Of a DNA stretch of 64,000 nt, positions 19,863 to 30,072 are shown in pieces. Source of the DNA: Nitrosopumilus sp. (GTDB lineage: Archaea > Thermoproteota > Nitrososphaeria > Nitrososphaerales > Nitrosopumilaceae); the NCBI GenBank assembly GCA_963667665.2, contig OY763927.2, positions 1,504,001 to 1,568,000 of the forward strand. The letters run 5' to 3'. Made by a program: the position numbers and the translations under genes. Each line of letters starts with the position of its first letter. Within the stretch, counting starts at the first letter, position 1. The notes beneath the pieces were generated by a model. It did not search any database and was not told where the DNA came from. It saw nothing but the letters and a program-made list of their open reading frames with translations.

Positions 19863-20516
19863 ATGAATATTACTGAAATGGAGTTTGGAACTCTATGGAA
19901 ATATTCTCCTTGGGGGAAAACTGAAGAGGAATTTCGTTCAAAGACCATAAAAGCAAATTTGAAGACAGATGCAGTCAGAGCAGAAGATAAAATTCCAATG
20001 TCAGAGTATGTAGCAAGAGGAATTAAAAATGATTTAGAAAAACTTCCTTTTGCCAAGTTCTTTGAGGTAAAACCAGTTCTTGTTCCAATGCCAAGTAGCT
20101 CTCTAACTAAAGCAAATACACTTTGGGTTCCACTAAATTTAGCAACTGCTTTAGTAAAAAATGGCCTGGGAGTAAAAGTTAGCCAATGTCTTCAACGAAC
20201 AAAACCTATACGAAAATCTCATGCAAGTAAAGCTGCAAACAGACCAAAAGCTCAGGAGCATTATGATTCAATGTCGGTTCAGAAAGAACTCTCTGACCCA
20301 GCTGAAATTTTATTAATTGATGATTTCATTACTAAAGGATCTACATCAATTGGGGCTGCAAGTAGATTAGCAGATGCATATCCAAATGCTAACATCCGTG
20401 TTTTAATAATAATGAAAACAATAAGTAATCCAAATAATTTTAAAAAAATTATTGAGCCATGTATAGGAAAAATTACGTATTCACATGGAGAGTGTTTTAA
20501 TGATTGTGTTGAATAG
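19863..20516 (+). CDS. ComF-like phosphoribosyltransferase (ShosT-like)
   Basis: LVPMPSS and PRPP-binding loop ILLIDDFITKGST; 5 bp downstream of the DprA-family gene. Confidence 0.85.
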   Translation: MNITEMEFGTLWKYSPWGKTEEEFRSKTIKANLKTDAVRAEDKIPMSEYVARGIKNDLEKLPFAKFFEVKPVLVPMPSSSLTKANTLWVPLNLATALVKNGLGVKVSQCLQRTKPIRKSHASKAANRPKAQEHYDSMSVQKELSDPAEILLIDDFITKGSTSIGAASRLADAYPNANIRVLIIMKTISNPNNFKKIIEPCIGKITYSHGECFNDCVE

Positions 20517-20595
20517 AGTTTAGAATCTAATATTGACAATTACAATCAGCTACAAACCAATACCAGCTATCAAAATTACGAATAACATTCCAAAC

Positions 20596-20724
20596 TGTAA
20601 CAGAATATCTCCTTCGTAATTAGCTACAAAACATCACTTGTAACAAATTGAACTGCCATACAAGGTACATTTGTTACAAATTGCAGAAAACTATCTTTGT
20701 ATCAATTTGTCAAGGATTGTAACA
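20596..20724. repeat. cluster of TGTWWCA motifs at the island right end
   Basis: TGTAACA at 20596, 20639, 20718; TGTTACA at 20672; TGTATCA at 20698. Confidence 0.5.
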
Positions 20725-20849
20725 GATTCTCAAAGGGCATGCCTATAGTATCGTAAAATTTTCACTATTAGACAGGTAATTAGACGATAAATGTCTAACA
20801 GCAGGTGTTGATTAAGGGTAACCGCAAACTCTAAGAATAAAAAATAGGA

Positions 20850-21068
20850 TTATTTGTAAAAATCAGGTTCTTGATCTTTTTTTTGCTTTGGAAGATCATC
20901 CATAACAGCTTGAACAACTTCGTTGTGATTATATGTTAAATGTCTAAGAAATTTTGCAGATTCGTCTGCTCTTTTCTTCTCATCTGCAAACAACATTTCA
21001 GGGCTACTCAGTTCTGCCATCATTGTATTACATTCTTGGCAGGGATTAAAATCAAGATAGAGTTTCAT
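20850..21068 (-). CDS. small CxxC/H metal-binding protein
   Basis: PCQEC and HLTYNH; downstream of cdc48. Confidence 0.75.
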   Translation of the reverse strand: MKLYLDFNPCQECNTMMAELSSPEMLFADEKKRADESAKFLRHLTYNHNEVVQAVMDDLPKQKKDQEPDFYK

Positions 21069-21098
21069 TATTTTGCTTCATTTTCCTTAGTATTTAGA

Positions 21099-23246
21099 CT
21101 ATTTTATTGATTGAGATAGAGGAGCCTCTTTTTTTCTAGGCTTTACCTTATCTACTGCTTCAATTAGATCTTGTTGAGTTATCTTGATTTCTTTGATATT
21201 TTGAGACCTACCACTGACGTATCTCTTCAGAGCAGTTATTGCAGCCCTATTTGCAACAGCTGCAATTTCTGCACCACTAAAACTATCTGTCAACTCTACG
21301 AGTTTTGTAATGTTAACATCACTTGCAAGTGGTTTCTTTTTGGTATGAATCTTAAAGATATGATGTCTTCCTTTGGCATCAGAATTTGAAACTTTGATAA
21401 TTCTATCAAATCTTCCGGGTCTTAGCAATGCCTCATCTACAATATCTAATCTATTGGTTGCGCCAATTATCAAGACATTATGTAGTTCTTCAAGTCCATC
21501 AATTTCAGTTAGAATTTGAGAGACTACATTTTCTGTAACACGTGATCCTGAATCTCCACTACCTCTACGTGGAACAAGTGCATCAATTTCATCTAAGAAG
21601 ATGATACATGGTGTTGCCTGTCGTGCTTTTCTGAAAATTTCTCTGATTCCTTTTTCAGACTCTCCAACCCACTTTGAGAGTAGCTCAGGACCTTTAATGC
21701 TAATAAAATTAGATTCTGTCATTGTTGCAAGTGCTTTTGCAATGAGAGTTTTACCAGTTCCAGGTGGACCATGAAGTAAAATTCCTTTTGGAGATTCTAC
21801 ATTAACATAATCAAATGCCTCTTTGTACTTAATAGGCCATTCAACTGCCTCACAAAGTTCTTCTTTTAATTGATCTAGACCACCAACATCATCCCAATTA
21901 ACATTAGGAATTTGAACTTGAACTTCTCTTAGTGCACTTGGTCTGACTTCTTTTAATGCATCTCTAAAGTCTTCACTAGTTATCTGAATCTTTTGAAGAA
22001 TTTCTGAAGAAATTTTATCTTCATCAAGATCAATTTCAGGAAGAATTCTACGAAGAGATCTCATTGCAGCTTCTTTTGATAATACTTCTAAATCAGCTCC
22101 TACAAATCCATGTGTAGTCTTTGAGATTTGTTTGAGATCTACTTTTTTGTCAATTGGCATACCACGTGTATGAATTGATAGAATATCGAATCTTCCCTCA
22201 TCATCAGGAATTCCAATTTCAATTTCTCGATCAAATCTTCCTGGTCTTCGAAGTGCAGGATCAATAGAGTCTGGTCTGTTAGTAGCTGCAATCACTACAA
22301 CTTTTCCTCTAGACTTCATACCATCCATCAGTGCTAAGAGTTGAGAAACTATTCTCTTCTCTACTTCACCGGTTACTTCATCTCTCTTTGGAGTAATAGA
22401 ATCAATCTCATCAATGAAAATAATGCTAGGTGAGTTTTCTTCAGCTTGTGCAAAGATCTCTCTTAGTTTACCTTCGCTTTCTCCGTAGTACTTTCCCATA
22501 ATTTCAGGACCACTAAGTGAGATAAAGTGAGCATTAGTTTCTCCAGCAACTGCTTTTGCAAGTAGAGTCTTACCAGTTCCAGGTGGACCATATAGTAAGA
22601 CACCCTTTGGTGCCTCTACACCTATTTTGTCAAATAACTCTGGATGTCTCATGGGTAATTCTACCATCTCACGGATTTTTAGAACCTCATTTTTTAAGCC
22701 TCCAAGTTCATCGTATGTAATTCTTGGAACTGAGGCATCAACTGCTTTCGTCATTGTCCCAAGTTTGAAGATGGTATTATCATTAACAATAACTGGTTTT
22801 GATGGTTTTGTATTAGTAATAATAAACTGTATTTTTCCACCCATTTGTGTTGGTAGCTGGATTGAATCATGAATAGTAAAAACATGATTTTGGAAATTTG
22901 TAATCATTACATCATGTAATTGTTCTTCATCAATGCGTAATTTTTCAGTTGGAGATAAAGTAATTTGTTCAGCATCAACTGCATCTACAGATTTTATAGA
23001 AATTTTATCTCCAATTCCAGCTCCAATATTTAGTCTAGTCATTCCATCAATTTTGATAATTCCTGCTCCATATTCTTCAGGTGAACCTTCCCAAAGTTTT
23101 ACATGTGTTTTTTTGTTGTATGTTAATTCTAAAATTTGTCCTAATTCCCATTTATGATCCTCAATAATTTTAGGATCAATTATGGCCATTCCTCTTCCAA
23201 CATGTTGTTGTGGAATTTCATCTATTTTTAAAATAATTTCACTCAT
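21099..23246 (-). CDS. cdc48: CDC48/VCP-family AAA ATPase
   Basis: Two AAA modules with GPPGTGKT and RPGRFDR. Confidence 0.97.
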   Translation of the reverse strand: MSEIILKIDEIPQQHVGRGMAIIDPKIIEDHKWELGQILELTYNKKTHVKLWEGSPEEYGAGIIKIDGMTRLNIGAGIGDKISIKSVDAVDAEQITLSPTEKLRIDEEQLHDVMITNFQNHVFTIHDSIQLPTQMGGKIQFIITNTKPSKPVIVNDNTIFKLGTMTKAVDASVPRITYDELGGLKNEVLKIREMVELPMRHPELFDKIGVEAPKGVLLYGPPGTGKTLLAKAVAGETNAHFISLSGPEIMGKYYGESEGKLREIFAQAEENSPSIIFIDEIDSITPKRDEVTGEVEKRIVSQLLALMDGMKSRGKVVVIAATNRPDSIDPALRRPGRFDREIEIGIPDDEGRFDILSIHTRGMPIDKKVDLKQISKTTHGFVGADLEVLSKEAAMRSLRRILPEIDLDEDKISSEILQKIQITSEDFRDALKEVRPSALREVQVQIPNVNWDDVGGLDQLKEELCEAVEWPIKYKEAFDYVNVESPKGILLHGPPGTGKTLIAKALATMTESNFISIKGPELLSKWVGESEKGIREIFRKARQATPCIIFLDEIDALVPRRGSGDSGSRVTENVVSQILTEIDGLEELHNVLIIGATNRLDIVDEALLRPGRFDRIIKVSNSDAKGRHHIFKIHTKKKPLASDVNITKLVELTDSFSGAEIAAVANRAAITALKRYVSGRSQNIKEIKITQQDLIEAVDKVKPRKKEAPLSQSIK

Positions 23247-23274
23247 TTTATTACCTCACAAATTTAGGAGAGGT

Positions 23275-23775
23275 TTATTCAACCTCCACCTTTTTGCCTT
23301 TTGGTTTTTCTTCTTCAACTAATTTGAAAACTATTTGTAAAATTCCGTTTTTGTAAGAAGCCTTTGCAGAATTCTCATCAACTTTATGTTTCACTGGAAC
23401 TTTTACATGATACTTTTTTTCGTCATGTTCTGCTGAAAGATCTACGATCTTATTTTCAACAACAACTTTGACATCAGTCTTTTCAACTCCTGGCATCTCA
23501 GCTATGAGTTTTACTATCTTTTCTTTTTCATCGACAATAATGTCGACAAGTGGTTCTCGTGTATCAGATATTGGAAGTTGGTCTGGTTTGACGTTTCCAA
23601 ATTCTTTTACAACAGGTTTTCCATCTGGACCAACAGTCATTGTATAACCGCAACAATATGAACCAGAGTCAGAACCGTTTCCTTTGAAATCTTCACAAAT
23701 GCCATCTATGTTAAAAAAAGAATTTGACATTTGTCTGAAGATTCTATTGATTTCACTATCAAAGAATATTGTCAT
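23275..23775 (-). CDS. hsp20: small heat-shock protein Hsp20
   Basis: GPDGKPVVKEFGNV, AEMPGV, ASYKNGIL, C-terminal VEVE. Confidence 0.93.
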   Translation of the reverse strand: MTIFFDSEINRIFRQMSNSFFNIDGICEDFKGNGSDSGSYCCGYTMTVGPDGKPVVKEFGNVKPDQLPISDTREPLVDIIVDEKEKIVKLIAEMPGVEKTDVKVVVENKIVDLSAEHDEKKYHVKVPVKHKVDENSAKASYKNGILQIVFKLVEEEKPKGKKVEVE

Positions 23776-23879
23776 ATTTATCTATCTTATGTAATATATA
23801 TGACATTATATAAAGATTATCTTGTTTTCTTTGATATCTTACATAATCCTATTATAACTGACATATTATAATAATCTTA

Positions 23880-24545
23880 ATGAGGGTTTCAAGTATGTCT
23901 GTGCCTGAGGTAGTCAAAGAAATCATTACCAGAAATCGTTCAATTTATGATTGCATGAAGATGGATCTGATAAACTACACAGCACTAGCAGTAAAGATTC
24001 AACCAGAGATTGAAAGGATTCTAGGAAATTCTGTTAATATCAATACAGTGGTAGTTGCAATCAAACGATATTCAGATTCATTTGAGATCAAAGAAGAGAT
24101 CAAAGAGGAATCAGTTTTGAAAAATGCTAGATTGGCTTTAACTGATGGAATTATGGATATTAAATTTTCAATAAAGGATTCTAATGAAATAGATCCTATG
24201 GCAATTTTAGAAAAGTTTTCCAAGGTAACTAACAATTATGAGTTTTTCAGAGTATCTGATTCTTTTAGATTCCTTGCAGAAGATATGGAAGATATTAGGC
24301 AGATCTTCAGTAATGTTTCAAACAGAGATGATATGTTCAATACTGGTCTTGCAAAGATTAGAATTTCAATACCAACATCCCAAAATCAATCAGATGTGGT
24401 TTCTTATGTTGCTGAGGTATTACATTCCAATGGAATTGAGTTAGTAAATGCATTTTTCAGCCAAGATAGTATTGTTATTATTTTAAATGAAAAGAATTCA
24501 TCAAGGGCATATGATATCTTACATTCAGATATTATGAGAACCTAA
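23880..24545 (+). CDS. ACT-domain regulatory protein
   Basis: DLINYTALA N-terminus and ACT-like C-terminus. Confidence 0.75.
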   Translation: MRVSSMSVPEVVKEIITRNRSIYDCMKMDLINYTALAVKIQPEIERILGNSVNINTVVVAIKRYSDSFEIKEEIKEESVLKNARLALTDGIMDIKFSIKDSNEIDPMAILEKFSKVTNNYEFFRVSDSFRFLAEDMEDIRQIFSNVSNRDDMFNTGLAKIRISIPTSQNQSDVVSYVAEVLHSNGIELVNAFFSQDSIVIILNEKNSSRAYDILHSDIMRT

Positions 24546-24595
24546 TTGTGTGATTTTCCTGAAAAAATTTCTCATAGCATATATTCAACCAATAT

Positions 24596-25969
24596 GTGAA
24601 AAGAGCACAATTGGCTAGAAATAAGAAGAAAGTTGTGATTTTAGGTGGTGGTTTTGCAGGAGTAGAATGTACAAGACAACTAGAATCTGAATTTGGAAAC
24701 GATCCCGAAATAGAACTAGTAATGATAAGTGAAGATAATTTTATGTTATTTACACCAATGTTGCCACAAGTAGCATCAGGAATGATTGAAACCAGACACA
24801 TAGTTTTTCCTATTAGAACAATCTGCAAGAAAACAAAGTTCTATGAAGGTAGAATTAAAAATATTGATCCTTATGGAAAACTAGTAACTCTATGGGGAAC
24901 TGGAGATAAAAGAAGTATCTCAATTCATTATGATTTTCTGATAGTTGCACTTGGTAGTGAGACAAACTTTTTTGGAATGGCAGATGTTGAAAAAAATGCC
25001 TACACCATGAAGACACTCAATGACGCTGTGATGTTAAGAAATAGAGTTATTGATATGCTTGAACAAGCAGAAAATGAGACTAATCCAATTCTTCGAAAAA
25101 GCTTTTTGAATTTTGTTGTTGTTGGTGGCGGTTTTGCAGGAATTGAAACTGCTGGTGAATTGATGGATCTACTTTTTGATGCACGAAAATACTATCCAAT
25201 CACACATAAAGAAGATCTCAAAGTTATCGTGTTAGAGGCATTATCATTGATCTTGCCAGGATTTGAACCAAAACTAGCAGAGTTTGCAAAAGAAAAGTTA
25301 GAAGAGAAAGGAATTGAGATAAGACTAAAAACAGCAGTAACTAGTTTTGATGGAAATGAGGTTACCACAAAATCATTAGATGAAAATCCAAAAGACCCAC
25401 TAGACACATCAGAGATTGATGTAATTAGAACAAAGACTATGATTTGGACTGCTGGGGTAACTCCAGTTAATACAATCAAGAGATCAATGTTCAAGACTGA
25501 AAAGGGTAAAGTCATTATTAATGAATATCTTGAAGTACAAGACTTTCCGGGAGTTTTTGCAATTGGTGATTGTGCATTATTTTTAGATCCTAAAACAGAA
25601 AGACCATTTCCTCCAACTGCACAAATTGCAGAAGCTCAAGCAAAAACTGCAGCTAAAAATTTAAAGGCACTAATTACAAATTCACAAAAAGAAAAATTTG
25701 TTTATCATTCCAAGGGTCAAATGGCAATTATTGGAAAGAGATCAGGAATTGCTACATTTTTGGGAATGAATATTTCTGGATTTTGGGCATGGTTAATTTG
25801 GAGAAATGTCTATCTTTCAAAAATTCCAACTTTTGATAAAAAATTCAGAGTGTTCCTTGATTGGACAATAGATTTGTTCTTTAATAGAGATATTTCTAGA
25901 CTAAAACTAATGAAACGTGATACTGAGAAAGAATACAAGGATCTTGATGAAGTAGATGATGTTTGGTAA
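24596..25969 (+). CDS. type II NADH dehydrogenase-like FAD oxidoreductase
   Basis: Two GGGFAG motifs, FTPML, FAIGDCA, PPTAQIA. Confidence 0.9.
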   Translation: MKRAQLARNKKKVVILGGGFAGVECTRQLESEFGNDPEIELVMISEDNFMLFTPMLPQVASGMIETRHIVFPIRTICKKTKFYEGRIKNIDPYGKLVTLWGTGDKRSISIHYDFLIVALGSETNFFGMADVEKNAYTMKTLNDAVMLRNRVIDMLEQAENETNPILRKSFLNFVVVGGGFAGIETAGELMDLLFDARKYYPITHKEDLKVIVLEALSLILPGFEPKLAEFAKEKLEEKGIEIRLKTAVTSFDGNEVTTKSLDENPKDPLDTSEIDVIRTKTMIWTAGVTPVNTIKRSMFKTEKGKVIINEYLEVQDFPGVFAIGDCALFLDPKTERPFPPTAQIAEAQAKTAAKNLKALITNSQKEKFVYHSKGQMAIIGKRSGIATFLGMNISGFWAWLIWRNVYLSKIPTFDKKFRVFLDWTIDLFFNRDISRLKLMKRDTEKEYKDLDEVDDVW

Positions 25970-25983
25970 AAAGAGAATGAAGA

Positions 25984-26163
25984 TTATTCTTCAATCTTAA
26001 GTGCAGCAGATGGACATTCCTTTACAACTTTTCTAATTTGGTCTTCAGGTGCTCCATCTTGTATAATAACAAATTTTCCGTCCTGTTTTGTAAATACTGA
26101 AGGAAGATTCTTGACACATTTGGCTGAATGAATACAAATGTTTTCATCCCAAGTTACTTTCAT
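25984..26163 (-). CDS. small divergent Fe-S ferredoxin (Fer4_19/YjdI-like); missing from the ORF track
   Basis: Manual translation MKVTWDENICIHSAKCVKNLPSVF...ECPSAALKIEE (59 aa). Confidence 0.85.
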   Translation of the reverse strand: MKVTWDENICIHSAKCVKNLPSVFTKQDGKFVIIQDGAPEDQIRKVVKECPSAALKIEE

Positions 26164-26220
26164 TATTGTTTGTTCTACATTCAGGGATTTATAGTGTTCT
26201 AGAGATTTGTATAATATGGA

Positions 26221-27774
26221 TTAGATATGTTTTCTAATTACAACAATCACACTAGCTGGGATTCCAAGATACATTCCCAAATTAAGTATAATTAAAGATA
26301 TTCCAAAACCTAAAACTGATTCTTCTGAATCCATTTCAACATAATTTAAAATTGATAGACTAGAAATCATTGGAGTAATTCCAAGCTTGACTATTTCCTT
26401 GAATACAGGATTTTCACGCTCATAATCTGCAATGTATGGGCTAAATGAATAGTAAAATTCGTTAAATGATTTCATGAATGATGTTCCAGATTCTGTTTGG
26501 AGTAAATGATTATCTCTAAGTTCTCGTAATTGTTGAACTTGTGGTGATAATTCTGAACCATATGTTGCAGTTGCTATTAAACACCCTCCGTCTTCTTTCT
26601 CCATTACCTCTTCAATGAGTTCATTATTAGAGGAATCTTTGGATAATATTTCAAAAGAATCAATTGTTTCATCAAATCTTGAAAGTTGAGAATCAAATTC
26701 ATCTATACCATTACTGTATGCAAATGTGTAAAATTTTTCAGTATCATAAATCAAAACTTCTTTAAATTTTACATCCAAATTTTCGTTATTGGATGAAAAC
26801 AATCCTTCTGCGTTAGTTACATATGCTTGATAACCATTGATTGTAATCTTTTCCTGAGAAATTATTTTCAAGTCATCTGACTCTACTACTTCCTTTAATG
26901 TCTCAGCTTTTTCAGAAATAATATCATCTAGAGTTTTTTGATTGGTTTGTTGTACAGTTAATGAAATTACAGGATTCATTACACCTACTTTTGGTCCTAC
27001 TGCAACTACATTAGGAGAGTTTTCCTGTGTTTTAGTTGGTTCTTGTAACAACCAACCTTCTGGGGCACTAAATGCAATTTCAAGTTCAGCACTTTCGAAT
27101 TTCTGATTACCAGTAGATGGAGTTACTGCGGATTGTGTACGTTCAGGTTGTGATAATTCAAGAAGATTTGAAATGTCAGAACGATTAGTTATTGTAACTT
27201 TTGTTATTTTAACCTGTTCAGTGTCTATGGGTCTATCACTAGCTCCTATTTGCACTGCTGCAATTTTATCAAGTGTTTCAAAACTTTCATCAGTTACAAT
27301 TCTACCAAACACTGTATACTGTTCATCAAGAAAGTTAGAGTCTTTATGAACTATAAAAAATTGGGAACCAGCACTGTTTGGATCAGCTGATCTTGCCATT
27401 GAAACAATTCCACGATTGTGTTTGATTGTGTTAAATTCAGCATCAACTGTTTCTGTTGGGCCTCCTTGTCCCCAAGTACTTGGATTACCATTGATTGTAT
27501 TTGGATCTCCTCCCTGAATCATAAATCCTGGAATTATTCTATGAAAGATTGTTCCATCATAAAATCCTAATTGAGATAATTTGATAAAATTTTCAACATG
27601 ATTTGGTGCATCACTAAAGAAAAATTCTATTGTGATATTTCCAAGATTAGTCTCTAAAACAACTACAGGATCAAGTATCTTGATTTGATTAAACTCAACC
27701 CCTTGAGCAAATACTTGATTTCCAACTCCAACTAAAATTAATGAAATTATAATTACCAAAAAAATTCTATTCAA
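26221..27774 (-). CDS. exported cyclophilin PPIase with PsbP-like domain and CFI-box-CTERM
   Basis: FHRIIPGFMIQGGDP, SAGSQFFI; C-terminal GGCLIATATYGSELSPQVQQLRELRD followed by a TM. Confidence 0.88.
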   Translation of the reverse strand: MNRIFLVIIISLILVGVGNQVFAQGVEFNQIKILDPVVVLETNLGNITIEFFFSDAPNHVENFIKLSQLGFYDGTIFHRIIPGFMIQGGDPNTINGNPSTWGQGGPTETVDAEFNTIKHNRGIVSMARSADPNSAGSQFFIVHKDSNFLDEQYTVFGRIVTDESFETLDKIAAVQIGASDRPIDTEQVKITKVTITNRSDISNLLELSQPERTQSAVTPSTGNQKFESAELEIAFSAPEGWLLQEPTKTQENSPNVVAVGPKVGVMNPVISLTVQQTNQKTLDDIISEKAETLKEVVESDDLKIISQEKITINGYQAYVTNAEGLFSSNNENLDVKFKEVLIYDTEKFYTFAYSNGIDEFDSQLSRFDETIDSFEILSKDSSNNELIEEVMEKEDGGCLIATATYGSELSPQVQQLRELRDNHLLQTESGTSFMKSFNEFYYSFSPYIADYERENPVFKEIVKLGITPMISSLSILNYVEMDSEESVLGFGISLIILNLGMYLGIPASVIVVIRKHI

Positions 27775-27847
27775 CTATTTTTCTCAAAGTGCCATACTTA
27801 AAAGCCAATTGTATTAGTTTTTAACAAAGTCAAATAATTCAACCCAT

Positions 27848-28339
27848 ATGCAATCTGATGAAAAGATTCAAGCACATCTAGTTTCAGTATGGAGAGAGTC
27901 AAAAAAGTTCTTTTCAATTGGCGGAAAAGAGGGCATGTTAATACTGACTGACAAACATTTGTCGTTTGTATTCAAGACAGAAGCTAGAATGAAGTGGTGG
28001 AAAGCTATTACTCAGAGACAGGTGATTAATTTTATCAAATCAAAGAACACAATGATTATTCATGATGGGTATAATGAACAAGAATTAATGAATGATTTAG
28101 AAAATGAAAAAAATATTGAATTAGTGTTTGATGATATTTCCAAGATTAGTTTTGAAGAAAAGGTTTGGGGAAGTGCATTATTTTTAGAATATAAAAAAAA
28201 TGGAAAAGAAGAAAAATTTCAATATGCAATAGCACAAGATTGGGTAAAATATCCTGTAAAAGAGCCTACAAAATTCATGAAAGTAGATTGGAAGCCTTTT
28301 GTGCAATATATTAAAGACAGACAAATATTAACGAAGTAA
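27848..28339 (+). CDS. hypothetical protein (possible PH-like fold)
   Basis: GMLILTDKHLSF pattern. Confidence 0.65.
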   Translation: MQSDEKIQAHLVSVWRESKKFFSIGGKEGMLILTDKHLSFVFKTEARMKWWKAITQRQVINFIKSKNTMIIHDGYNEQELMNDLENEKNIELVFDDISKISFEEKVWGSALFLEYKKNGKEEKFQYAIAQDWVKYPVKEPTKFMKVDWKPFVQYIKDRQILTK

Positions 28340-28341
28340 AA

Positions 28342-29058
28342 TTGGGAAAAGTTTTTGCTGTTGGTGTTGGACCGGGTTCATCAAAATATGTAACTGAAAT
28401 TGTAAAAGAGATTATTCAAAATTGTGATATTGTGATTGGTTACAAATACACACTAAAGACAATAGAGAATCTAATTGAGGGAAAAGAGATCTATGAAATT
28501 ACCATGAAAGATCAGGAAGAGTCATATCAAAAAATTCTTCCTAAGCTTGGCAATAGAAAATTAGTAATTCCATTTACAGGAGATGTGAATTTTTCTGAAT
28601 CAGAAGTTGTTGATAGATTAATTGAGATTTTTGGTGACGTGGAAATTATTCCAGGCATTAGTTCAATTCAAGTTGCTGCATCAAGAGCCAAAGTCCCTCT
28701 TGATAAATCCAAAGTAATTACAATGCATGTTACAACCAAAATTGAAGATAAGAAATTAGAATTACAAAAGGCATTGATTGATGGTTTTAGTGTGATTTTA
28801 GTTCCAAGACCTTGGCCAAAACAACCAGACAAGCACTTTATGCCTTCAGAGATAGCAGTTTATCTTCGAGAAAATAATTTTGATACTGCAAAGATGAAGG
28901 TTCATGTTTTTGAGGCAATAACTACTGAAAATGAAACCAGTTTTGTAGGAACTGTAAAAGATTTGGAAAGAAAAGAGTTTTCTGATTTATCAGTAATGGT
29001 GTTTAATCAAACAAGTTTGGATTCATACATGAATTACAGATGGCAGTGGGAAAACTAA
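28342..29058 (+). CDS. cbiE: cobalt-precorrin-7 C5-methyltransferase
   Basis: VGVGPG, FTGD, IIPGISSIQVA tetrapyrrole methylase motifs. Confidence 0.8.
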   Translation: MGKVFAVGVGPGSSKYVTEIVKEIIQNCDIVIGYKYTLKTIENLIEGKEIYEITMKDQEESYQKILPKLGNRKLVIPFTGDVNFSESEVVDRLIEIFGDVEIIPGISSIQVAASRAKVPLDKSKVITMHVTTKIEDKKLELQKALIDGFSVILVPRPWPKQPDKHFMPSEIAVYLRENNFDTAKMKVHVFEAITTENETSFVGTVKDLERKEFSDLSVMVFNQTSLDSYMNYRWQWEN

Positions 29059-29963
29059 TTACCCAAGTTTTGTCCTTGCCCAAAAACTAAATTATCAGAA
29101 TCTGGAAATACATATGCTACAATTCTCATCCAATGATAATCTGGATCATATAGTCTGTAAAATCCCATATCATCAAATGTAATATCTACTGATTCTCCTG
29201 GTGCAATATCTCCAGTTGAAATTCTGTTATCTGGTGTAAATGGAATATAACGATCATTGTTTTCTTTTCCGCTAATAATACTGTGAGATACTACATCTTC
29301 ATTTACTATTGTAATGGTAGTACCAGGTTCAATTGAAATTCTATCTTGTGAGAAATAACTCAATCTAGTAGGATCTGATGTATTTTGAGCTTTACCTGTA
29401 CCAACATAACTATCTGACCCCGAAATTAAAGATGAGCCTTTAAGAATGCGCAATGTAAGATAATTTGATTCTTCAGACTCTGTAGAAGTTGTGGTAATTT
29501 TTGAGAGTGTAGATAATTTTGTTGTGTAAATTACTTTGTATGTATCATCAGGAGTTGTAATTCTTCCAGTAAAACCATAAACTGATGCATCTTTGCTTTC
29601 TTCAACTAATCTTCCAAAAAAGCTAATTGAGGTATCAAGTCCGCTTGAACTCTCAATATTTCCATTAATTCTAATGTAACGACCTTCACGCAAAAATTTT
29701 CCTTCTAAATCAGTAATTGCAAATTCATCAGCATTTAGAGTAATAAAACCATCTTCAATTAGAAAGTTAATTGTACTTCCACGTTGTTGTTGTGAAGACA
29801 AACCAATATCAATTTCTGAAATATTAATTGATTCTTCAGTAACTGCAAATCCAGAACCTTCTAAAAGAAATGCCTGATTCTGAGAAATTTCAGCAAATGA
29901 TTCATTGATAAAATATCCTGATGAAACAACAAGTAATGCTAATAGTGTTATAGCTGCCTTCAC
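29055..29963 (-). CDS. exported protein with C-terminal cupredoxin-like domain
   Basis: Signal peptide; ISIEPGTTITIVNEDVVSHSI and GESVDITFDDMGFYRLYDPDYHWM. Confidence 0.75.
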   Translation of the reverse strand: MKAAITLLALLVVSSGYFINESFAEISQNQAFLLEGSGFAVTEESINISEIDIGLSSQQQRGSTINFLIEDGFITLNADEFAITDLEGKFLREGRYIRINGNIESSSGLDTSISFFGRLVEESKDASVYGFTGRITTPDDTYKVIYTTKLSTLSKITTTSTESEESNYLTLRILKGSSLISGSDSYVGTGKAQNTSDPTRLSYFSQDRISIEPGTTITIVNEDVVSHSIISGKENNDRYIPFTPDNRISTGDIAPGESVDITFDDMGFYRLYDPDYHWMRIVAYVFPDSDNLVFGQGQNLGN

Positions 29964-30072
29964 GATTAATTTGTCATTTAATTTGGTTTATAATTTACTA
30001 CTAAATTATTTTAGATGTAACATATAGTATATCTAAACTCGAGCCTGTACTAGCAAACATACTCTAAATAAT

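Larger units (their letters stand above)
15506..20837. mobile_element. degraded integrated element / defence island
   Basis: Integrase-like fragment at the left end, non-housekeeping cargo, a pseudogene; flanked by TCTAAGAA at 15506-15513 and 20830-20837 (weak boundary evidence). Confidence 0.55.
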
